A stretch of DNA of 61,551 nucleotides, the filler included. It is 4 parts of 4 records of this genome, joined end to end, with 100 filler letters (N's around TTAATTAATTAA, not from the genome) between each part and the next. Parts side by side here need not be neighbours in the genome. Positions count along the whole stretch, not along the records: positions 22,370 to 52,725 come from SRR20825019_926; positions 52,826 to 61,551 come from SRR20825019_949; 2 more parts are not named here. One strand, 5' to 3'. The notes under the pieces were generated by a model, which was given only the letters and a program-made list of their open reading frames with translations, did no database searches and had not been told where the DNA came from. The translations under genes were made by a program, and so were the position numbers. This document shows positions 42,142-55,224 of the stretch, piece after piece (position 1 is the stretch's first letter; the number at the start of each line of letters is the position of its first letter).

Positions 42142-44022
42142 TTAAGTAACTATCCTTTCAAGGAAATTATTTACTTTATTGTTAAAATTATTAACATCAC
42201 CAATAGATTCACCTTCTGCAATACATGCTTGATCAAATAATATTATAGCAAGATCTTTATTGTCTTTTTCATCCTTACCACCTTTAATGTCATTTGCAAT
42301 TTTTTGTATTAGCTTATGTTTAGGATTAATCTCAAGTATTTTTGCAGAAGCTTTGCTTAACTGCTTTTGCTCAATTAAAAATCTTTCCATTCTAATATCC
42401 ATTGCATCACTTGAAGATACCAAACAAACAGGACTATTTGTTAATCTCTTAGAAACTTTAACATCTTTTACTGAATCTTCTAGTTGCTTTTTAAAGAACT
42501 CAACTAATTCCTTATGCTCTGAATCAGTAACATCTTTCTTATCATCACCTTCTTTATTATCTTTTGATATATTTTCAGGATCATCTTCTGATAGATCAAG
42601 ATCTGCTTTTGTTACTGAAACTATATCATGGTCTTTATATTTATTTTGAATATTTATCCAAAAATCATCAACTCCATCAGTTAAAAGTAATACATCGTAG
42701 CCTTTACTAATTAATCCTTCAATCTGAGGACTATTCCTTAGTTTTGTTTCATCATCACCAGTTAAACAATAAATCTGTTTTTGGTTTTGTTTCATACTTA
42801 TAATATATTCAGCCAAAGTAACATATTTATTATGAAGAGCAGATTTAAAAACACAAATATCTAGTAACTTATCTTTATGCTCAGTAAATTCACATAATCC
42901 CTCTTTAATTACAGGGCCAAAATTAGACCAAAATTTTTCATATTCTTCTCTTTTTTCAGATAACCTTGTTTCTAGTTCATCTAGAACTCTTTTGGTAATT
43001 GAATTTTGAATCTTTTCAATAACTTTATTATGCTGTAATGTTTCTCTACTTATGTTAAGTGGTAAGTCTTCTGAATCCACTACCCCTCTTACAAATCTGA
43101 GATATCTAGGAACAAGATCTATATTTTCATCGGTTATAAATACCTTTTTAATATATAATTTAACTCTTCTTGTTCTATCTGGATGATATAAATCAAAAGT
43201 TTTATCTGAAGGTATAAATAAAAGATTTGTAAATTCTATAACTCCTTCATTTTTATTATGTAATATAGACCAAGGATCATCTACAGAATGTGATACACTT
43301 TTATAAAATTCCTTATATTGATCATCAGTAATTTCTGATTTACTTCTAGTCCATAATGCAGAAGATGAATTAACTTTAGTTTCTTTACCATCTTCTTCTT
43401 CATAAAAAATAGGAACGCTAATGTGATCTGAATAATTTTTAATAATATTCTTTACCTTAAAATGATCAAGATAACTATCCTCACCATCTTTAACTTCAAT
43501 TATTATATCTGTACCATTTTTATCTCTATCTTCATATTCTCCTACTACATATTCAACAGAACCATCTGATTTCCAGAAATATGTTTTATCTTCACCAGCC
43601 TTTTTTGAAACTACTGTAATATTTTTTGCTACCATATAACTAGAGTAAAAACCTACTCCAAACTGTCCAATTAAATTAGTGCCATTTTTTTTGTCATTAG
43701 TAAGTTGCTCAATGAATTTTTGAGTACCAGATTTTGCAATAGTTCCTATATTCTCAACCAGATCTTCTTTATTCATTCCAATTCCAGTATCAGAAATCGT
43801 AATTAATCTTTTTTCTTTATCAATTTTAACCTTAATTCTAAATTGATGATCAGGAGAAATTAAATCTCCATCAGTTTGAGATAGATATCTCAGCTTATCA
43901 CAAGCATCAGATGAGTTTGATATTAACTCCCTAATAAAAATTTCCTTATTTGAATAAAGGGAATGTATCATAAGGTGCAAAATTTTATCAACTTCTGCAC
44001 TAAATTTTTTCTTTTCTTCCAT
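42142..44022 (-). CDS. htpG: Chaperone HtpG (Hsp90)
   Basis: [37 protein letters not shown]. Confidence 0.97.
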   Translation of the reverse strand: MEEKKKFSAEVDKILHLMIHSLYSNKEIFIRELISNSSDACDKLRYLSQTDGDLISPDHQFRIKVKIDKEKRLITISDTGIGMNKEDLVENIGTIAKSGTQKFIEQLTNDKKNGTNLIGQFGVGFYSSYMVAKNITVVSKKAGEDKTYFWKSDGSVEYVVGEYEDRDKNGTDIIIEVKDGEDSYLDHFKVKNIIKNYSDHISVPIFYEEEDGKETKVNSSSALWTRSKSEITDDQYKEFYKSVSHSVDDPWSILHNKNEGVIEFTNLLFIPSDKTFDLYHPDRTRRVKLYIKKVFITDENIDLVPRYLRFVRGVVDSEDLPLNISRETLQHNKVIEKIQNSITKRVLDELETRLSEKREEYEKFWSNFGPVIKEGLCEFTEHKDKLLDICVFKSALHNKYVTLAEYIISMKQNQKQIYCLTGDDETKLRNSPQIEGLISKGYDVLLLTDGVDDFWINIQNKYKDHDIVSVTKADLDLSEDDPENISKDNKEGDDKKDVTDSEHKELVEFFKKQLEDSVKDVKVSKRLTNSPVCLVSSSDAMDIRMERFLIEQKQLSKASAKILEINPKHKLIQKIANDIKGGKDEKDNKDLAIILFDQACIAEGESIGDVNNFNNKVNNFLERIVT

Positions 44023-44331
44023 AATAATAAATAATTTTTATATGTTAATATTAAACATATAGTTACATGTTATGAAATTTAAATAGATAGGAAAATATTT
44101 TTTTAAAGAATTACTAATATATTTTTTTATTAGCTATACATAATATCTTAGTTTCATCATGATCGTTATTACTTAGAGATATAAAAAAACCAACGTAAAT
44201 TTAAGATATAGACAAGTATTTAGATAGTACTAGAAATTAAATGTTAAGATAATACTTTATAATAATAATCTGAAAAAGACATATAAACTAAAAAAAGAAA
44301 AGTTATCTTAAACTATTTCAAGTATAAGACT

Positions 44332-44457
44332 TTAAGCTTGCTTTGCTTTAAATCTTTTATTTTTTTTGTTAATAACGTAGATAGTGCCACGTCTTTTAAC
44401 AACCTGACAATGTTTATCTCTTTTTTTTAAAGATTTTAATGAACTTGCAACCTTCAT
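44332..44457 (-). CDS. rpmJ: 50S ribosomal protein L36 (type B, Zn-independent); absent from the ORF track
   Basis: Manual translation [41 protein letters not shown]. Confidence 0.95.
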   Translation of the reverse strand: MKVASSLKSLKKRDKHCQVVKRRGTIYVINKKNKRFKAKQA

Positions 44458-44566
44458 GGCTTTAAATATTTATATATTATGTAAGTCATCAAGATACAGA
44501 ATATTTTTTATATTTCAAGCGGCTATAATATTACTAAAAAAGTTTATTAATTTTATTTTATATAAA

Positions 44567-45364
44567 TTACTTTATTAAAATTTTTACAAATTCAATATCT
44601 TCAATATTTACTGGTTGACTTACTTTTACTAAATCTCCATTTATATTATTTACCCTTCCAATAATTATACCTTCAGAATAATAATTGCCATCTCCAGATG
44701 TAATTACTAAATCACCTATATTTATTTTAGAAATATATTTTATATATTTAATACTTAGTTCATTATTTGATGATCCATATAATATACCTCTTTCTCCGCT
44801 TGGTAATATTTTAATAGATACTCTTGAGTTAAAACTTTTTAAAAATAATATTCTAAATTTATTATTAAATTTTTCATATACCCTTCCAACTAAAACATCA
44901 TTAAATAATATCGGTGCATTTAATAAAGATAGATTTGAATTAAAGTGATATTTAGAATCAAGCTCTATAAATCCTTGATGATAGTACGAGTTTGAATTTG
45001 CTAATAACAATCTTGCAGTAATGAATTTACTACTAGTTTTTTCAGAATAATTTAGACTTTTTTTTAATTTTTTATTATCAAATTCAATCTTTTCAGAATT
45101 TCTTAAAATACGTTTATAAGAATTAATTTCTTCTTTTAGTATTGTATTTTCAAGAACTAATAATTTTTTTGACTTAAAATAATCAAATGAACTTATAAAT
45201 ATTTCTTTGATATTTGATACAACTTTTACAGTAGGATATAAAATATCAAATAAACTATTTTTAATAAATATATTTATCTTAAAGTAACCAAGAGATATAA
45301 AAAATAAAACTAATATAAGTAATAGAGTAATATTTCTTCTTCTTAAGTTTCTAATCCCAAGCAT
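44567..45364 (-). CDS. mreC: Rod shape-determining protein MreC
   Basis: TM + coiled coil; GDLVITSGDG...GIIIG; downstream of mreB. Confidence 0.9.
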   Translation of the reverse strand: MLGIRNLRRRNITLLLILVLFFISLGYFKINIFIKNSLFDILYPTVKVVSNIKEIFISSFDYFKSKKLLVLENTILKEEINSYKRILRNSEKIEFDNKKLKKSLNYSEKTSSKFITARLLLANSNSYYHQGFIELDSKYHFNSNLSLLNAPILFNDVLVGRVYEKFNNKFRILFLKSFNSRVSIKILPSGERGILYGSSNNELSIKYIKYISKINIGDLVITSGDGNYYSEGIIIGRVNNINGDLVKVSQPVNIEDIEFVKILIK

Positions 45365-45379
45365 ATTATAATGCCTGTA

Positions 45380-46462
<1,083 letters not shown>

Positions 46463-47551
46463 TTAACGTTCTTGTAAATTCAAAACAAATATTTTACTTA
46501 GTGTTAGAGTTATAATAATAGGAAGAAGTGATGCAATTTCAACATATATTCCCTTATATACAAGTATTGTAGTGAATAACTCTGCAAAAACATATATTAA
46601 AAATCCAATTATTACAGCTTTATATAAAATATTTACTTCATTAACTCCTCTATAATAAGTTTTTGAGATGCAAGCTGCTAAAATTACAACTGAAATTAAA
46701 AATAAAGGCCTATATAATTGTTTATATAAATAAGCTTTATATGTAACAGCTACAAAACCTGATTTCATTATTTTATTAATATAAGATGGTATTTGCCAAA
46801 CAGATAATGTAGAAGGCCTAACAGTTCCCTCAACAAAATTTCTAATATTTAAATTTGTTGGAATAGATATTTTATTTCTTTTTATATTTACATGATATCT
46901 ATTATGAATTTTAGGATTTATAAATACTATATTATTACCTTGAAAAAATGCTTTAGATGCATCAATTCTTTTTAAGAATTTTTGCTTATTATCTAAAAAT
47001 AGCATATTAACATCATTTAACTCTTTTGAGTTAATATTTACATCTTTTGCAAGAATAATTCTTTTTAAATTTTTATAATTTTCAAGGATAGTAATGCCTT
47101 GATCAATAGAAGAAATAGCATTTTTTTTATTTGGAAGAAGCCTATCTTCAATATTATAGTAATTTGACATACAAATACTTGCAATAGGATTTATCAATAA
47201 TATGCTTATTATTCCAATAATAAATGCAATAATCATCATTGGAATAACTATAAGACTAAGTGACTTTCCACAATTATATATTGCAATAATTTCCCTAGAA
47301 ATTGATAGCTGATTTATCATATATATTGAAGATAAAAAAACCATTAATGGGAGAACTGTATTAAATAAATTTGGCAGTTTAAGTAATACAAGCTTAACTA
47401 TAAGTAAGAGACTAATATTTACAGATTTAAAATTATTTAAAGTATCAAAACTTGTAAATACAAATAGTAAAATTAAAACTAGAGAAAATACCGAAAAACA
47501 AGCTTTTACGTATCTATATGATATGTACTTGTAAACTTTATTTATTAACAT
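46463..47551 (-). CDS. lptG: LPS export permease LptG/LptF family
   Basis: 3 TM + periplasmic domain (RIDASKA) + 3 TM; SREIIAIYNCGKS. Confidence 0.8.
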   Translation of the reverse strand: MLINKVYKYISYRYVKACFSVFSLVLILLFVFTSFDTLNNFKSVNISLLLIVKLVLLKLPNLFNTVLPLMVFLSSIYMINQLSISREIIAIYNCGKSLSLIVIPMMIIAFIIGIISILLINPIASICMSNYYNIEDRLLPNKKNAISSIDQGITILENYKNLKRIILAKDVNINSKELNDVNMLFLDNKQKFLKRIDASKAFFQGNNIVFINPKIHNRYHVNIKRNKISIPTNLNIRNFVEGTVRPSTLSVWQIPSYINKIMKSGFVAVTYKAYLYKQLYRPLFLISVVILAACISKTYYRGVNEVNILYKAVIIGFLIYVFAELFTTILVYKGIYVEIASLLPIIITLTLSKIFVLNLQER

Positions 47552-47563
47552 TTTTTTACATTA

Positions 47564-47639
47564 TGGTGGGCCTGGAAGGACTTGAACCTACGACATCACC
47601 GTTATGAGCGGTGCGTTCTAACCACTGAACTACAGGCCC
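47564..47639 (-). tRNA. tRNA with CAT anticodon, most likely Ile2 (lysidine)
   Basis: GGGCCTG acceptor stem, CACCG-CTCATAA-CGGTG arm, encoded CCA. Confidence 0.9.
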
Positions 47640-47691
47640 CTTGCAACTTTATATATATGTTTTATTCGCGTAAGTCTAGAAAAACTTTTTT

Positions 47692-48369
47692 TTATGTGTA
47701 AGTTCCTGGTAGTTTTAAATAATATGGTTTCAGTTCACTACTAAATTTTTTATTAGTTTTAAGCCTTTCTATAGCAAGTTTATATAGAGATTTAGCATCA
47801 GCTTCTTTAAATCTTGGAAGCATAATTAGTTTTTTATTTTTTTTATAATCATTTATAAAATCATTATTATTTAAAAATGTAATATTTCCGCAAACTGCAA
47901 CTATACCTTCAAGTTCTTTTAAAAAATCATAAATTTTTTCATTATTAATAATATCAATTTTTTCAAAAGCTTTTGGGCCATTTATTTTTATATAACTATC
48001 ATATTTTCCTGCACTTATTAGTATTACTGAATAGTCAAAATATTTTACTTGCATCCTTAATCTATATTCAAGCACTTCAAATGAATTAAATACCATACTA
48101 TTCATTTTATTATGATAACATAGAGCTAAAGCTGCAGATATTGCTATTCTAACCCCTGTAAAACTTCCAGGTCCAGATGTAAGAGCTAAATAATCTATAT
48201 CTTTAAATTCTAAATTCATATAATCTAATGATTCATTTATCATTGGAACAATATTTTCAGATTGATTATTTGGCTTAAGATCTTTTTTATAGTATTTTAA
48301 ACAATCATCAGTACCGATAGAAACACTACATTTTCCAGATGCAGTTTCTATACATAATATTTTTGTCAT
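47692..48369 (-). CDS. tsaB: tRNA t6A biosynthesis protein TsaB
   Basis: ILCIETAS, GPGSFTGVRI. Confidence 0.92.
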   Translation of the reverse strand: MTKILCIETASGKCSVSIGTDDCLKYYKKDLKPNNQSENIVPMINESLDYMNLEFKDIDYLALTSGPGSFTGVRIAISAALALCYHNKMNSMVFNSFEVLEYRLRMQVKYFDYSVILISAGKYDSYIKINGPKAFEKIDIINNEKIYDFLKELEGIVAVCGNITFLNNNDFINDYKKNKKLIMLPRFKEADAKSLYKLAIERLKTNKKFSSELKPYYLKLPGTYT

Positions 48370-48426
48370 ATTTGATTTATATTTTTTTTTATGGTAACAG
48401 ACCCTATTTAATCTTGCAAGCTTGAT

Positions 48427-49377
48427 ATGAATAAAAAAAAATTACTTGTAATTACTGGACCAACAGCAAGCGGCAAATCCAAGCTTGCCCAAGAAATTTC
48501 AACATTATTACCTTCATGCATAATTAATGCTGATTCAAAGCAAATTTATAAAGATCTTGAAATATTAACTGCCTCACCCAGTTTAGAAAGTAAAGCTATT
48601 TGCGAGCATAACTTATATAATTTTTTATCTCCAAATGAAGATTTTAATGCTTATAAATATAAAGATCTTGCAGAAAATGCTATTATTAATGCACATAATA
48701 ATAATAAACTTCCTATTTTAACAGGAGGAAGCGGATTATATATTAATAGTATTTTATTTGGTATGAATGAAGCCCCTAATTTTTCTATAGAAGAAGTTAA
48801 TAATACTAAAAATCTATATAATAATTTAGGACCAAATGAATTTTATAAAATGCTAATTAAGCTTGATCCTAAAATTGAAAATAAAATTCACCCGAATAAC
48901 TCATCAAGAATTATAAAATCTTACTTAACATATAAAAAATATAATAAATCAATATATGATTTCAGAAAACCAAATATATCAGGGATTTATGATAATTATA
49001 AAGTAACAATTTTAAATCTTAATCCAGATAGAAATATTTTGTATCAAAATTGTAATAACCGTTTTCACGAAATGATAGATCTTGGAGTAATAGAAGAAGT
49101 TAAGGATTTTAATAATAAATATAAAGATTATGATAAAACACCATTATTAAATGGCATAATAGGACTCAGTGAAATTAATGACTATATTGAATCTAAAACT
49201 GATTTAAATATTGTATCTATGACTATAAAACAAAGAACTAGAAAACTAGCAAAAAGACAGGTTACATGGTTTAAACACCAACTACCCTGTAAAAATGATA
49301 TAATTTATGATAATTTTAATACCCTTATAAATATTGTAACTAAAATTTTAAAAAATGACAATGTCAAAATTCTCTAA
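48427..49377 (+). CDS. miaA: tRNA dimethylallyltransferase
   Basis: GPTASGKS, INADSKQIY, GGSGLY, AKRQVTW. Confidence 0.95.
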   Translation: MNKKKLLVITGPTASGKSKLAQEISTLLPSCIINADSKQIYKDLEILTASPSLESKAICEHNLYNFLSPNEDFNAYKYKDLAENAIINAHNNNKLPILTGGSGLYINSILFGMNEAPNFSIEEVNNTKNLYNNLGPNEFYKMLIKLDPKIENKIHPNNSSRIIKSYLTYKKYNKSIYDFRKPNISGIYDNYKVTILNLNPDRNILYQNCNNRFHEMIDLGVIEEVKDFNNKYKDYDKTPLLNGIIGLSEINDYIESKTDLNIVSMTIKQRTRKLAKRQVTWFKHQLPCKNDIIYDNFNTLINIVTKILKNDNVKIL

Positions 49378-50638
49378 TATCAGGAATTCTACCAAATGCT
49401 ATTTTGGAACCCGTATAAGTATTACTTAAATCATTTCGATTAGCACTTGCTATATATATAGTACCCCTCCCATATCTAGTGTTAATTTTATCTATAGTAC
49501 TTGAAATAGATTTTTTTTTAAAATTATGAGTCTTTGAACTTTGACTATAAAAATCAAATAAAGTCACTGGTATACTAGAAGATTTTTTAAGGCCAAGTAA
49601 AGTAATGCCTATTTTTATAAAATTATAATTTCTTTTTTTTATTAGTCTTACCATTAATATTTTAAGATATTTCAGTAAGCTTGCATCATCAGAAACATAT
49701 TCAAAATGTAATTCATCCCTTAAATACAAACCTTCAACAGTTTTTAAACTCAAAATTAATCTGTTTGTGCATAATTCTTCCATCCTCATTCTCATACCTG
49801 CTTTACATATAAGATATTTTAAAATTCTAACTACAGATATAGTATTTCTTTCAGATGGTGCTAATACTTTACTATGACCGATAGTTCGGTTATTTACTAC
49901 AGTATCTCTAAAGTCAGCACCTCTTAACATATACCACATTTTTTCACCAGCTACATTACCCCAAATCTGTCTCATTTGTTTTGGAGAACATTTATATAAA
50001 TCATGCATACTTCTTATATTACAATAATCAAGCCTTCTGCTCATTGCTTTTCCTATGCCTGGTATATCACTCAACTCTAAATTCTCTAACTCTTCTTGGA
50101 TATTTTCTTGGGCTATTATTTTAAAACCATCTGGCTTATTCATCTCAGATGCTACTTTTGAGATAAAACGGCTGCAAGATATTCCTATAGAACATGATAT
50201 ATATTCCCCGACTTCATTTCTTATGATTGATTTAATATCTTTTACCAATTTTATAATTTTATCTTCAGTCTGATACTCGCTTGTAAGTTTTATTGCAAAC
50301 TCATCTATAGATAAGATTTGCTCTATATATACAAGCTTCCCAACAGCTTTAACTATTTTATTATGATAATATACATACTGATCATGCCTACCTGTAACAC
50401 AAATTATATCTTTACATATTTTTTTTGCCTCATACACCCTAGTACCAGTTTTTATACCTAAACTCTTTGCCTCATAACTTGCAGCTATAGCTGATGTAGT
50501 ATCAGTTAATGAAGGTACTACTATTACAGGTTTATTTCTTAAACTAGGATTTAATTGTTGTTCTACTGTTGAAAAATAACTATCCAAATCAAGATATAAC
50601 CAGTGATATTTTTTTTGATAATGACTATTTATATTCAT
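49364..50638 (-). CDS. Y-family translesion DNA polymerase (DinB/UmuC-like)
   Basis: LDLDSYFSTVEQ, AASYEAK, LSIDE, KVASEMNKPDG, IPGIG; likely ATG at 50638. Confidence 0.9.
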   Translation of the reverse strand: MNINSHYQKKYHWLYLDLDSYFSTVEQQLNPSLRNKPVIVVPSLTDTTSAIAASYEAKSLGIKTGTRVYEAKKICKDIICVTGRHDQYVYYHNKIVKAVGKLVYIEQILSIDEFAIKLTSEYQTEDKIIKLVKDIKSIIRNEVGEYISCSIGISCSRFISKVASEMNKPDGFKIIAQENIQEELENLELSDIPGIGKAMSRRLDYCNIRSMHDLYKCSPKQMRQIWGNVAGEKMWYMLRGADFRDTVVNNRTIGHSKVLAPSERNTISVVRILKYLICKAGMRMRMEELCTNRLILSLKTVEGLYLRDELHFEYVSDDASLLKYLKILMVRLIKKRNYNFIKIGITLLGLKKSSSIPVTLFDFYSQSSKTHNFKKKSISSTIDKINTRYGRGTIYIASANRNDLSNTYTGSKIAFGRIPDIREF

Positions 50639-51161
50639 AATAACCTTCAATATATTGAATATACTATATATTGATTTTTGTAAAGTCAACCTTATAAATA
50701 AAATTAGTTAAAATTTTTGCAGTAATCGCCAGAGCCTCTTATACAAAGGGTTATATTACATATAGATATTGAGTTTTTAAAATTTTAAAATAGTATGTTT
50801 ACTGCCTTAAAAGGATATAAGGCTGTAATATAAAAATCATTAAAAATTATTTATATCTAGAATATACCTCTAGCATTCTTCAAAAATTAATATGCTACCA
50901 TAAGAAATTGATTTTAAAAAATCTCTATTCTAGAATAAAGCTTGATGGAGAAAGTGTAGACCAATTAATCTAATTGAAATGAATTGAAAGAATGCTTATT
51001 AGTATCAAAACTATATGAATAGTAAAAGATATTTTTTCACAGATAGTTTTTCACTTTTAAAAAATATTTCTAGAAATAAAATACTCACTAAAAACTATAT
51101 AAAGTCAGATATAGTAATTTTTAGTGATTAAATATTTTTGGCAATTACATTATTAGTAATG

Positions 51162-52725
51162 TTATTTATTAGAATATATTTGCAAGATATTATATAAAAA
51201 ATCTTTTAAACTAATAAGCAAAAACCCATCATGATCTAGTCCTTTATATATAATTGTTGAAGGCGGCTTGACCTTCATGGTAGTAGGATATTTCTGCACC
51301 AAACTAAATAGCAAGTTAAGAGATTGTTCATTTTCAATAAAGTTTATGGATAATGCTTTAGGACCTAAATCTAGTTTTTTTATTCCGAGCTCAATGCACA
51401 TAATTTTAATCTCAATTACTTCAAATAAATTAGATAATTCTTCTTTAACTAATCCATACTTATCTATTATAAAATCTTTATAAGAAGTTAAATCCTCTTT
51501 GGATTTAATTTCTGCTAAATGCCTATATATTCTTAACCTTTCTTGCTCATCATTTATAAAATCATCTGGAATATAAAATGGAATTCCTATATTAATTTCT
51601 GGAGCTATATCTTTCTTTAAATCACTAGAATTACCAGATAAAAATTCTATCTCCTTTTTAAGCATATCTTGATAAAGCTCATGTCCTACTTCTTTAATTT
51701 TACCAGATTGTTCTTTACCTATTAAATTACCAAATCCTCTTGCGTCCATATCATGACTTGAAGCTGCAAAACCTGATCCAAGTTTGTCAAAACCAATTAA
51801 AAGGTTAAGCCTATGAATTGAAGGATTATTATTTTTAAAAGAACTTGATGGAAGTAAATATAAATATCCCTGCATCTTACCCCTTCCAATTCTACCTCTT
51901 AATTGATAAAGCTGACTTAAACCAAAAAGCTCAGGCTTATATATTACCATCGTATTTGCAGAAGTAATATCAATGCCTGCTCCAATTATTGAAGTGGATA
52001 TAAGTATATCAAAAGCACCCTCATAAAATTTTTGCATTATATTTTCAATGTCACTTGAATTCATACCTCCATGAGCAACTTTAAAATCTAATTCTTTAAG
52101 ATGTGATGTTAAATATTCTTCAACAAATTTTATATTTTCAATTCTTGGAACTACAAAAAAACTCCTCCCCCCTCTTTTACTCTCTCTTAAAAGAGCATCT
52201 TTAATGACTGTCATCTCATTTTTATCAATTATCTGAGCTTTAACAGGCAATCTCCCTATTGGAGGAGTAGACAAAATACTTAAATCTTGAATTCCAAGCA
52301 ATGACATTTGTAAAGTTCTAGGTATAGGTGTTGCAGACATATATAAAACATTAATATTCCCTCCATATTTTTTTAAGAATTCTTTTTGTAAAACTCCAAA
52401 ATTTTGTTCTTCATCAATTATTAACAAACCTAAATTATGAAATTTTACTGAGCTATTAAATAATGCGCTAGTACCAATTAAAATATCAATTTTACCAATA
52501 GATAATTCATTTTTTATTTTAGCAATTTCACTTCTTTTTACTAGTCTAGATATCTGACTAATATTAATATCAAAACCTCTAAATCTTTCTTTAAAACTAT
52601 AATAATGCTGCTTGCATAATATTGTAGTGGGAACTATTACAGCTACCTGCATTTTTGGAGTAGAGTCAACTGCCCAGAATGCGGCTCTAAAAGCTACTTC
52701 TGTTTTTCCAAATCCTACATCTCCG
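51162..52725 (-). CDS. mfd: Transcription-repair coupling factor Mfd, 3' part (truncated)
   Basis: GDVGFGKTEVA at the contig edge, IIDEEQ, SATPIPRT, QLRGRIGR. Confidence 0.95.
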
Positions 52726-52825
52726 NNNNNNNNNNNNNNNNNNNNNNNNNNNNNNNNNNNNNNNNNNNNTTAATTAATTAANNNNNNNNNNNNNNNNNNN
52801 NNNNNNNNNNNNNNNNNNNNNNNNN
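52726..52825. other. Artificial contig spacer
   Basis: 44 N + TTAATTAATTAA + 44 N. Confidence 0.98.
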
Positions 52826-52826
52826 C

Positions 52827-53234
52827 TCGACGCTGAAATTCGACGAGACCGGCGAACCTCTTCACAAACAGCAGGCCGATCAAATCCGTGCTTACCGCGC
52901 CGCCTGGAAAGCTGCCGGACACGACTGGACGCCGCGGGTATCCATTTCCCGTTCAATCTTCGCGTTGGTCAATGACACCGATCGGGCCTATTTCGGACGT
53001 GGTGGCAAGGAGCAGGATTCTATCGGCTACCTTGACGAGAAAACTCGTGCGGTTTTCGGGCGTTCCTATGCGGATGAGCCGGATCGGCTAGTCGAGCAGC
53101 TGAAGGATGATGAGGCTATTGCCGAGGCCGATACGCTGCTTCTGACAGTGCCCAATCAGCTCGGGGTCGATTATAATGCCCATGTCCTCGAAGCGATCCT
53201 GAAATATGTTGCGCCGGGCATGGGCTGGCGATAA
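52827..53234 (+). CDS. LLM-class flavin-dependent oxidoreductase, 3' part
   Basis: STLKFDETGEP...RVSISRSIF...ADTLLLTVPNQLGVDYNAH...VAPGMGWR. Confidence 0.82.
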   Translation, partial: STLKFDETGEPLHKQQADQIRAYRAAWKAAGHDWTPRVSISRSIFALVNDTDRAYFGRGGKEQDSIGYLDEKTRAVFGRSYADEPDRLVEQLKDDEAIAEADTLLLTVPNQLGVDYNAHVLEAILKYVAPGMGWR

Positions 53235-53515
53235 TCAGCCGAGCCTTCTGTTTGCCGCGATCCTCGGCACTGCAAGACAGAACACGAAGAAGAAGGCTTC
53301 TACACGAATTTTCGTGCAGGAGCCTTTTTATATCGACGGTATTCGGCAAATATATTCTTGCCCCTGTCGGCCATGACAGATACCGTTTTTGGGTAATTTA
53401 GTAAGTTTGAATGGAGTCTGGCCAATCCGTCAGGTGGGGCTGTCGGCCGGCAGGTTGTGTTGTTTTGATGGTGCCGCGTGTTTGAAACGGCCATGCGGCG
53501 ACGAGGGGCGTCTTC

Positions 53516-54937
53516 GTGCAGTTTTTTGATTCTCTTTTTGGCATGATCAATGATTTGACTTGGGGTTGGGCACTGATCCCTTTTCTGGTCGTTCTTGGTG
53601 TTTTCTTCACCGTCGCAAGTGGCTTTGTTCAATTTCGCTTTTTCAGGCGCATGTTCGGCGTTCTGGTTGGAGACGAGGACGGAGATCCATCGAAGATCAG
53701 CGCACGCGAGGCTCTTTTTGTTTCCGTTGGCGGTCGGGTCGGCGGCGGCAATATCGCCGGTGTGGCTGTGGCGATTACGGCTGGCGGACCCGGTGCTGTG
53801 TTCTGGATGTGGGCCATCGCATTGATCGGCATGTGCTCCGGCCTTGTTGAGGCAACCCTGGCGCAGGCCTTCAAGCGCACAACGCCGGAAGGCGATTATC
53901 GTGGCGGTCCGGCGCAGGCGATCATCCACGGACTTGGGGAAAACTACCGCTGGCTGGCGATTGTCTATGCCATTTGCCTGATCGCCTCATTTGCCATCGG
54001 CTTCAACGCATTTCAGGGCAACACGGTTGCCGGTGCAACGGCTGACAGTATGGGTATACCTCGCTACGCAACGGGTATTCTGCTGGCAGCCGCCACTGGT
54101 TTCATCGTCTATGGCGGTATTCACCGCATTGCCAAGGCGTCGGATGTGATCATCCCGATTATGGCTTTTGGCTATATCGGCATGGCCTTGCTGATTATTG
54201 TTCTTAACATCACTGCGCTTCCGGGCGTCATCTGGGATATTCTCGCCAACGCCTTCGGTTTGCGCGAAGCTGTTGCCGGTGGTGTTGGAGCGGCCTTGGC
54301 CAATGGCCTCCGGCGTGGCCTGTTTTCCAACGAAGCCGGTCTTGGTTCCGCGCCGAATGTGGCGGCAACGGCTTATGTGCGCCATCCGGTCAGTCAGGGC
54401 ATAACTCAGAGCTTCTCGGTGTTCATCGATACGATGGTGATTTGTTCCTGCACGGCCTTTGTTATTTTGCTGGGCGACGTCTATCAGCCGGGTCAGGAGG
54501 GCGTCGATGGCGTTATCCTGACGCAGCAGAGCATGGTCAATCACGTTGGCGTCTGGGCGCAGTATTATCTTACCGGCGCAATTCTTCTGTTTTCGTTCTC
54601 CTCGATTATCTACAATTACTATCTGGGCGAGAATGCGCTGGCTTTCATGACAGACAAGCCGATCGCAGTGCAGGTTCTCAGGCTCATCATCATTGCAATC
54701 GTGTTTGTCGGAGCGGTTGCCCCCGGTGCGACGGCTGTCTTCAGCTTCTCTGATCCGCTGATGGGTGTTCTGGCTGTGGTCAACCTGTTGGCGCTGATGA
54801 TGATGTTCCCGATTGCTCTCAGGCTGATCAACGATTTCCGCAATCAACTTGCGGAGGGAAATCATCGCCCGGTGTTTGATCCCAAGAAGTTCCCCGATAT
54901 CAATACCGACCCCTCAGCCTGGCCGGACGCAAAATAA
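53516..54937 (+). CDS. Alanine/glycine:cation symporter (AgcS family)
   Basis: RVGGGNIAGVA, GGPGAVFWMW, RGLFSNEAGLGS. Confidence 0.95.
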   Translation: MQFFDSLFGMINDLTWGWALIPFLVVLGVFFTVASGFVQFRFFRRMFGVLVGDEDGDPSKISAREALFVSVGGRVGGGNIAGVAVAITAGGPGAVFWMWAIALIGMCSGLVEATLAQAFKRTTPEGDYRGGPAQAIIHGLGENYRWLAIVYAICLIASFAIGFNAFQGNTVAGATADSMGIPRYATGILLAAATGFIVYGGIHRIAKASDVIIPIMAFGYIGMALLIIVLNITALPGVIWDILANAFGLREAVAGGVGAALANGLRRGLFSNEAGLGSAPNVAATAYVRHPVSQGITQSFSVFIDTMVICSCTAFVILLGDVYQPGQEGVDGVILTQQSMVNHVGVWAQYYLTGAILLFSFSSIIYNYYLGENALAFMTDKPIAVQVLRLIIIAIVFVGAVAPGATAVFSFSDPLMGVLAVVNLLALMMMFPIALRLINDFRNQLAEGNHRPVFDPKKFPDINTDPSAWPDAK

Positions 54938-55058
54938 ACAGACTGGCCTGAGTAATACGGGAATGATGATGAGAAGGTTTTCGTGGTCGCGTGGCTTGCC
55001 GCGAAGGCTAAACCTTGTCATCAATTTGCCGGGTATGGATCAGGAAGGGGAATTCCAA

Positions 55059-55214
55059 ATGATGACATTACCGTTTTTTGTCAGCGCTATCGCCGTTTAT
55101 CTGGCGTGGCGCGGCAAGGGAACAGCCGCTGTCGGTGTGACATTACTGGCTGTTTTGACTGTTTTCGTTCTTTATCGTTTCCACGCGACTGATGCGCTCA
55201 ATCTGGACTTTTAA
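55059..55214 (+). CDS. Small two-TM membrane protein (DUF5993-like)
   Basis: MMTLPF...FHATDALNLDF, 51 aa, with SD-like GAAGGGG; directly upstream of the DsbB-like gene. Confidence 0.7.
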   Translation: MMTLPFFVSAIAVYLAWRGKGTAAVGVTLLAVLTVFVLYRFHATDALNLDF

Positions 55215-55224
55215 GGAGGGCGTC

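Noticed and set aside
44332-44457. Zn-free L36 as a zinc-starvation paralogue
   Set aside because: Type B L36 is the normal form in Alphaproteobacteria
53235-53515. Glycine riboswitch upstream of agcS
   Set aside because: No GGAGA...CCGAAG...CTCTCAGG core found; only generic hairpins near 53241-53320
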